From an uncultured virus (IMG/VR IMGVR_UViG_3300029305_002833) (taxonomy: Duplodnaviria > Heunggongvirae > Uroviricota > Caudoviricetes), in IMG/VR virus record IMGVR_UViG_3300029305_002833: DNA of 64,000 nucleotides, one strand, 5' to 3'. Every line of letters begins with the position of its first letter. The first letter of the stretch is position 1. The notes beneath the pieces are model-generated. The model had not been told where the DNA came from and did no database searches. It saw only the letters and a list, made by a program, of their open reading frames with translations. This document shows positions 61,718-64,000 of the stretch, one piece after another. Position numbers and translations under genes: made by a program.

Positions 61718-62377
61718 ATGGCGGTGCGAAGGCTGCCAGGGAACCGGGAACGAAGGGGTTGCTTGAACCAAGAAAGGGGCATCATTGACGGCGTTGGGGA
61801 GTTTGGGATTCCGCAGCTGTGGCCGGAGTATGACGTGGCGGGGGTGGAGAAGTGGATCAGCTTCAACGAAGTGGGCGGATGCAGCGTGCCGGAGCGGACC
61901 GGGGTGCATTTCTTCATAGAGGATCATCTGTTTGAACGGGTGTGGGCGAGGCCGGAGCGGTATGTGGCGGCTCTGGCGAAGTTTGCGGCGGTTTGTTCGC
62001 CGGATTTCAGCCCGTTCAGCGACTTTCCAAAGGCCTGCCAGGTGTGGAACCATTACCGCAAACACTGGTGCGGGTGGTGGTGGCAGCAGCACGGGGTGAA
62101 GGTGGTGCCGACGGTGACGTGGAGCAGTCCCGAGACGCTGGAGTGGGCCTTTGACGGGGAGCCGGTGGGCGGCGTGGTGGCCATGTCGAGCGTTGGGATG
62201 TTTGATACGGTGGAGCATCGTCAGTGGTTGGTGGACGGGTATCGGGAGATGGCGAGAAGGCTGGAGCCTGTGAAGGTGATCTGGAAGGGGAAGGTGCCGG
62301 AGGAATTGGCCGGGGACGGAAGGATTGAGCGGATCGAGAGCAGCCATTTGGAGAGGTTGCACGCACTGAGGAAATGA
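61718..62377 (+). CDS. DUF4417-family protein
   Basis: HFF..D..FERVW, SPDFS and W..Y..HW....WQ..G..VVPT..W. Confidence 0.8.
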   Translation: MAVRRLPGNRERRGCLNQERGIIDGVGEFGIPQLWPEYDVAGVEKWISFNEVGGCSVPERTGVHFFIEDHLFERVWARPERYVAALAKFAAVCSPDFSPFSDFPKACQVWNHYRKHWCGWWWQQHGVKVVPTVTWSSPETLEWAFDGEPVGGVVAMSSVGMFDTVEHRQWLVDGYREMARRLEPVKVIWKGKVPEELAGDGRIERIESSHLERLHALRK

Positions 62378-62998
62378 GAAATCAGGAATGAGTCAGGGAA
62401 CCTGTCCCCGTGACTCAAACAAAGGAGGTAAGATCGTGGCGAAGAAGTGGAAACTGGAAGGGACGATTACATTTTATGCGCACGACTTTGTGAGCGATGC
62501 GAAGGACGAGGTCGGGGCGCTGGAGGATTTGCTGGCGGCGGGGTTGTTTGACAACGCGGTGTGTGGGATTCGGTTCAATGAGGAGAACTGCGGGTGCGAG
62601 GAGGCTGAGTGTGAATACGAGGACGCGGCAGAAGATCAGGGCGGAGCTGCGGCGGAGGAACCCGGATGTGATGGCGACGCTGCGCATGGAAGGGCTGGGG
62701 TTGAAGCGGATACTGTTCGTGCCGAGGGGTGAGATGCGGGCGTACAGGGCGCGGTATGGGGATCTGATTGAGTTCTGGGAAGAGGAGGCGGAGGCAGGTG
62801 CCGAAGGTGATACTGTGCGACAGGTGCGGCAGGTCGACGATGGAGGACGCGGGGCGAACGAAGATTTGGCCGAATAAGTGCAGATGGCGCAGGTTTGAGG
62901 TGGAGAAGAGGTTTGACAGCTGTCTGGACGCTGTTTATCTGTGTGGGGCGTGTTCCAGGGCTTTCAAGGCGTGGATGAAGCGGAAGGAGGCGGAATAG

Positions 62999-63646
62999 GT
63001 GGCGAAGGCTGGGAGCGGGTTTATGCGGGCCGCGGGCAGGGCGGCAAACAGTGTGCTGGCGAGGCGGGGCGGAAGCTGGACCGTGGCGAATTTGCAGGAG
63101 GCAAGGGAAGAGGTGCAGCGGCTGTACGGGAATGCGTATCGGAGCGTGAAGGGCGTGTTTGAGTATGATGGCCTTGGCCGGGTCAAAGGCGGCGGCGCCG
63201 GGTTCGGGCGGTTTGCGGATCGGGCGGAGGCGCTGGCGAAGCAGATTTCCAGGGACTTGCAGTTGGTGGACCGTGAGGCGGAAAGGCAGTACCGGGACAT
63301 GCAGCGGTGGGCCAGCCGGATTTCAGCCAGTGCCCAGGAGCGGGAGGAGTTTGAGCGCACCAGCCGAGGCGGGATGAACTTTACCGGCAGGGGACGAAGC
63401 GGCGGCGATGCTTCGGAAGCGGCGCGGCAGATGGCCGGGCTGGGGCTGCTGTCCCATGAGGTGGCGGCGATGGGGAACAATGTGGACGTGATGAACGGGA
63501 TTAACGACGCAATGAACGCGGTGAAGAGCAGGATTTACCGGGGCGTCAGCGCGAAGGACGCGCAGGACTTTGAGAGCGATATCTTTATGGGAATTTTGAA
63601 AGGGTATTCGGGGGTTGAGAGAGGGGCGGAACGAAGAAGGCGATAA
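62999..63646 (+). CDS. Hypothetical basic Gly/Arg-rich protein
   Basis: GGAGG RBS; intact 215-aa ORF. Confidence 0.55.
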   Translation: MAKAGSGFMRAAGRAANSVLARRGGSWTVANLQEAREEVQRLYGNAYRSVKGVFEYDGLGRVKGGGAGFGRFADRAEALAKQISRDLQLVDREAERQYRDMQRWASRISASAQEREEFERTSRGGMNFTGRGRSGGDASEAARQMAGLGLLSHEVAAMGNNVDVMNGINDAMNAVKSRIYRGVSAKDAQDFESDIFMGILKGYSGVERGAERRRR

Positions 63647-64000
63647 GAGGTTAGGTTTTAGGGGTTAGGAGTTAGGGAATAGTGGACAGAACGGAGGGGT
63701 TTTGTGGAGCAGTTGAGCAGGGAGGACATCGGGGAACTGGCAGGGGAAGTACTGAGGGCGATGGGTGTGGAGAAGGTGGAGATCGGCGAGGAAGAGAAGG
63801 CGGTTATTGAGGGGATCGCAGAGGCGTGGATGCGCAATAGGGCGCGGGAGAAGGACGAAGGGATATAAGTATTATATTATTATATTATAAGGGTATACTG
63901 TGTGTTTATCATACCTGTGGTGGTAGGTAGGAGAATGGGAATAAAGTGGGACAGAGGAACCGTCCACTTGTCCCAAGTGGTTCAGCCAGGAGGAATTTTT

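Larger units (their letters stand above)
40664..63975. repeat. Dispersed REP-like family B with core GAACCGTCCC (span shown)
   Basis: Copies at about 40664, 55781 (inverted), 55869, 61661, 62390 and 63947, each with self-complementary ends. Confidence 0.8.

Overview
The window is a 64-kb segment of a temperate, GC-rich phage genome, most likely infecting a Firmicutes/Clostridia host (inferred from gene families and GGAGG ribosome-binding sites). Phage genes lie on both sides of the att core, so it looks like the un-integrated attP form. In order: tail genes, a five-domain endolysin, a complete diversity-generating retroelement (target-VR, Avd, TR, RT), holins, an attP matching the 3' half of tRNA-Pro(GGG), a tyrosine integrase, a CI-like switch, and a roughly 50-kb rightward early/middle region. 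That region encodes replication, recombination, tRNAs, methyltransferases (one with an intein), RNA repair, putative DNA-modification and anti-defence genes, and HNH endonucleases. The most striking element is at 14.8-19.5 kb. A Cas7/RAMP-like gene and a partner gene are flanked by non-coding arrays of GGY-NN pentamers, divided by GGCA tetramers into about 21 distinct units. This looks like a compact phage-encoded RNA-guided system whose specificity is written in discontinuous dinucleotides. Also noted: a dual-frame C5-methyltransferase broken at two poly-G tracts, two dispersed REP-like repeat families, and a duplicated RHH-regulator/HNH cassette. All protein-family calls come from motif recognition by eye; no database searches were run.
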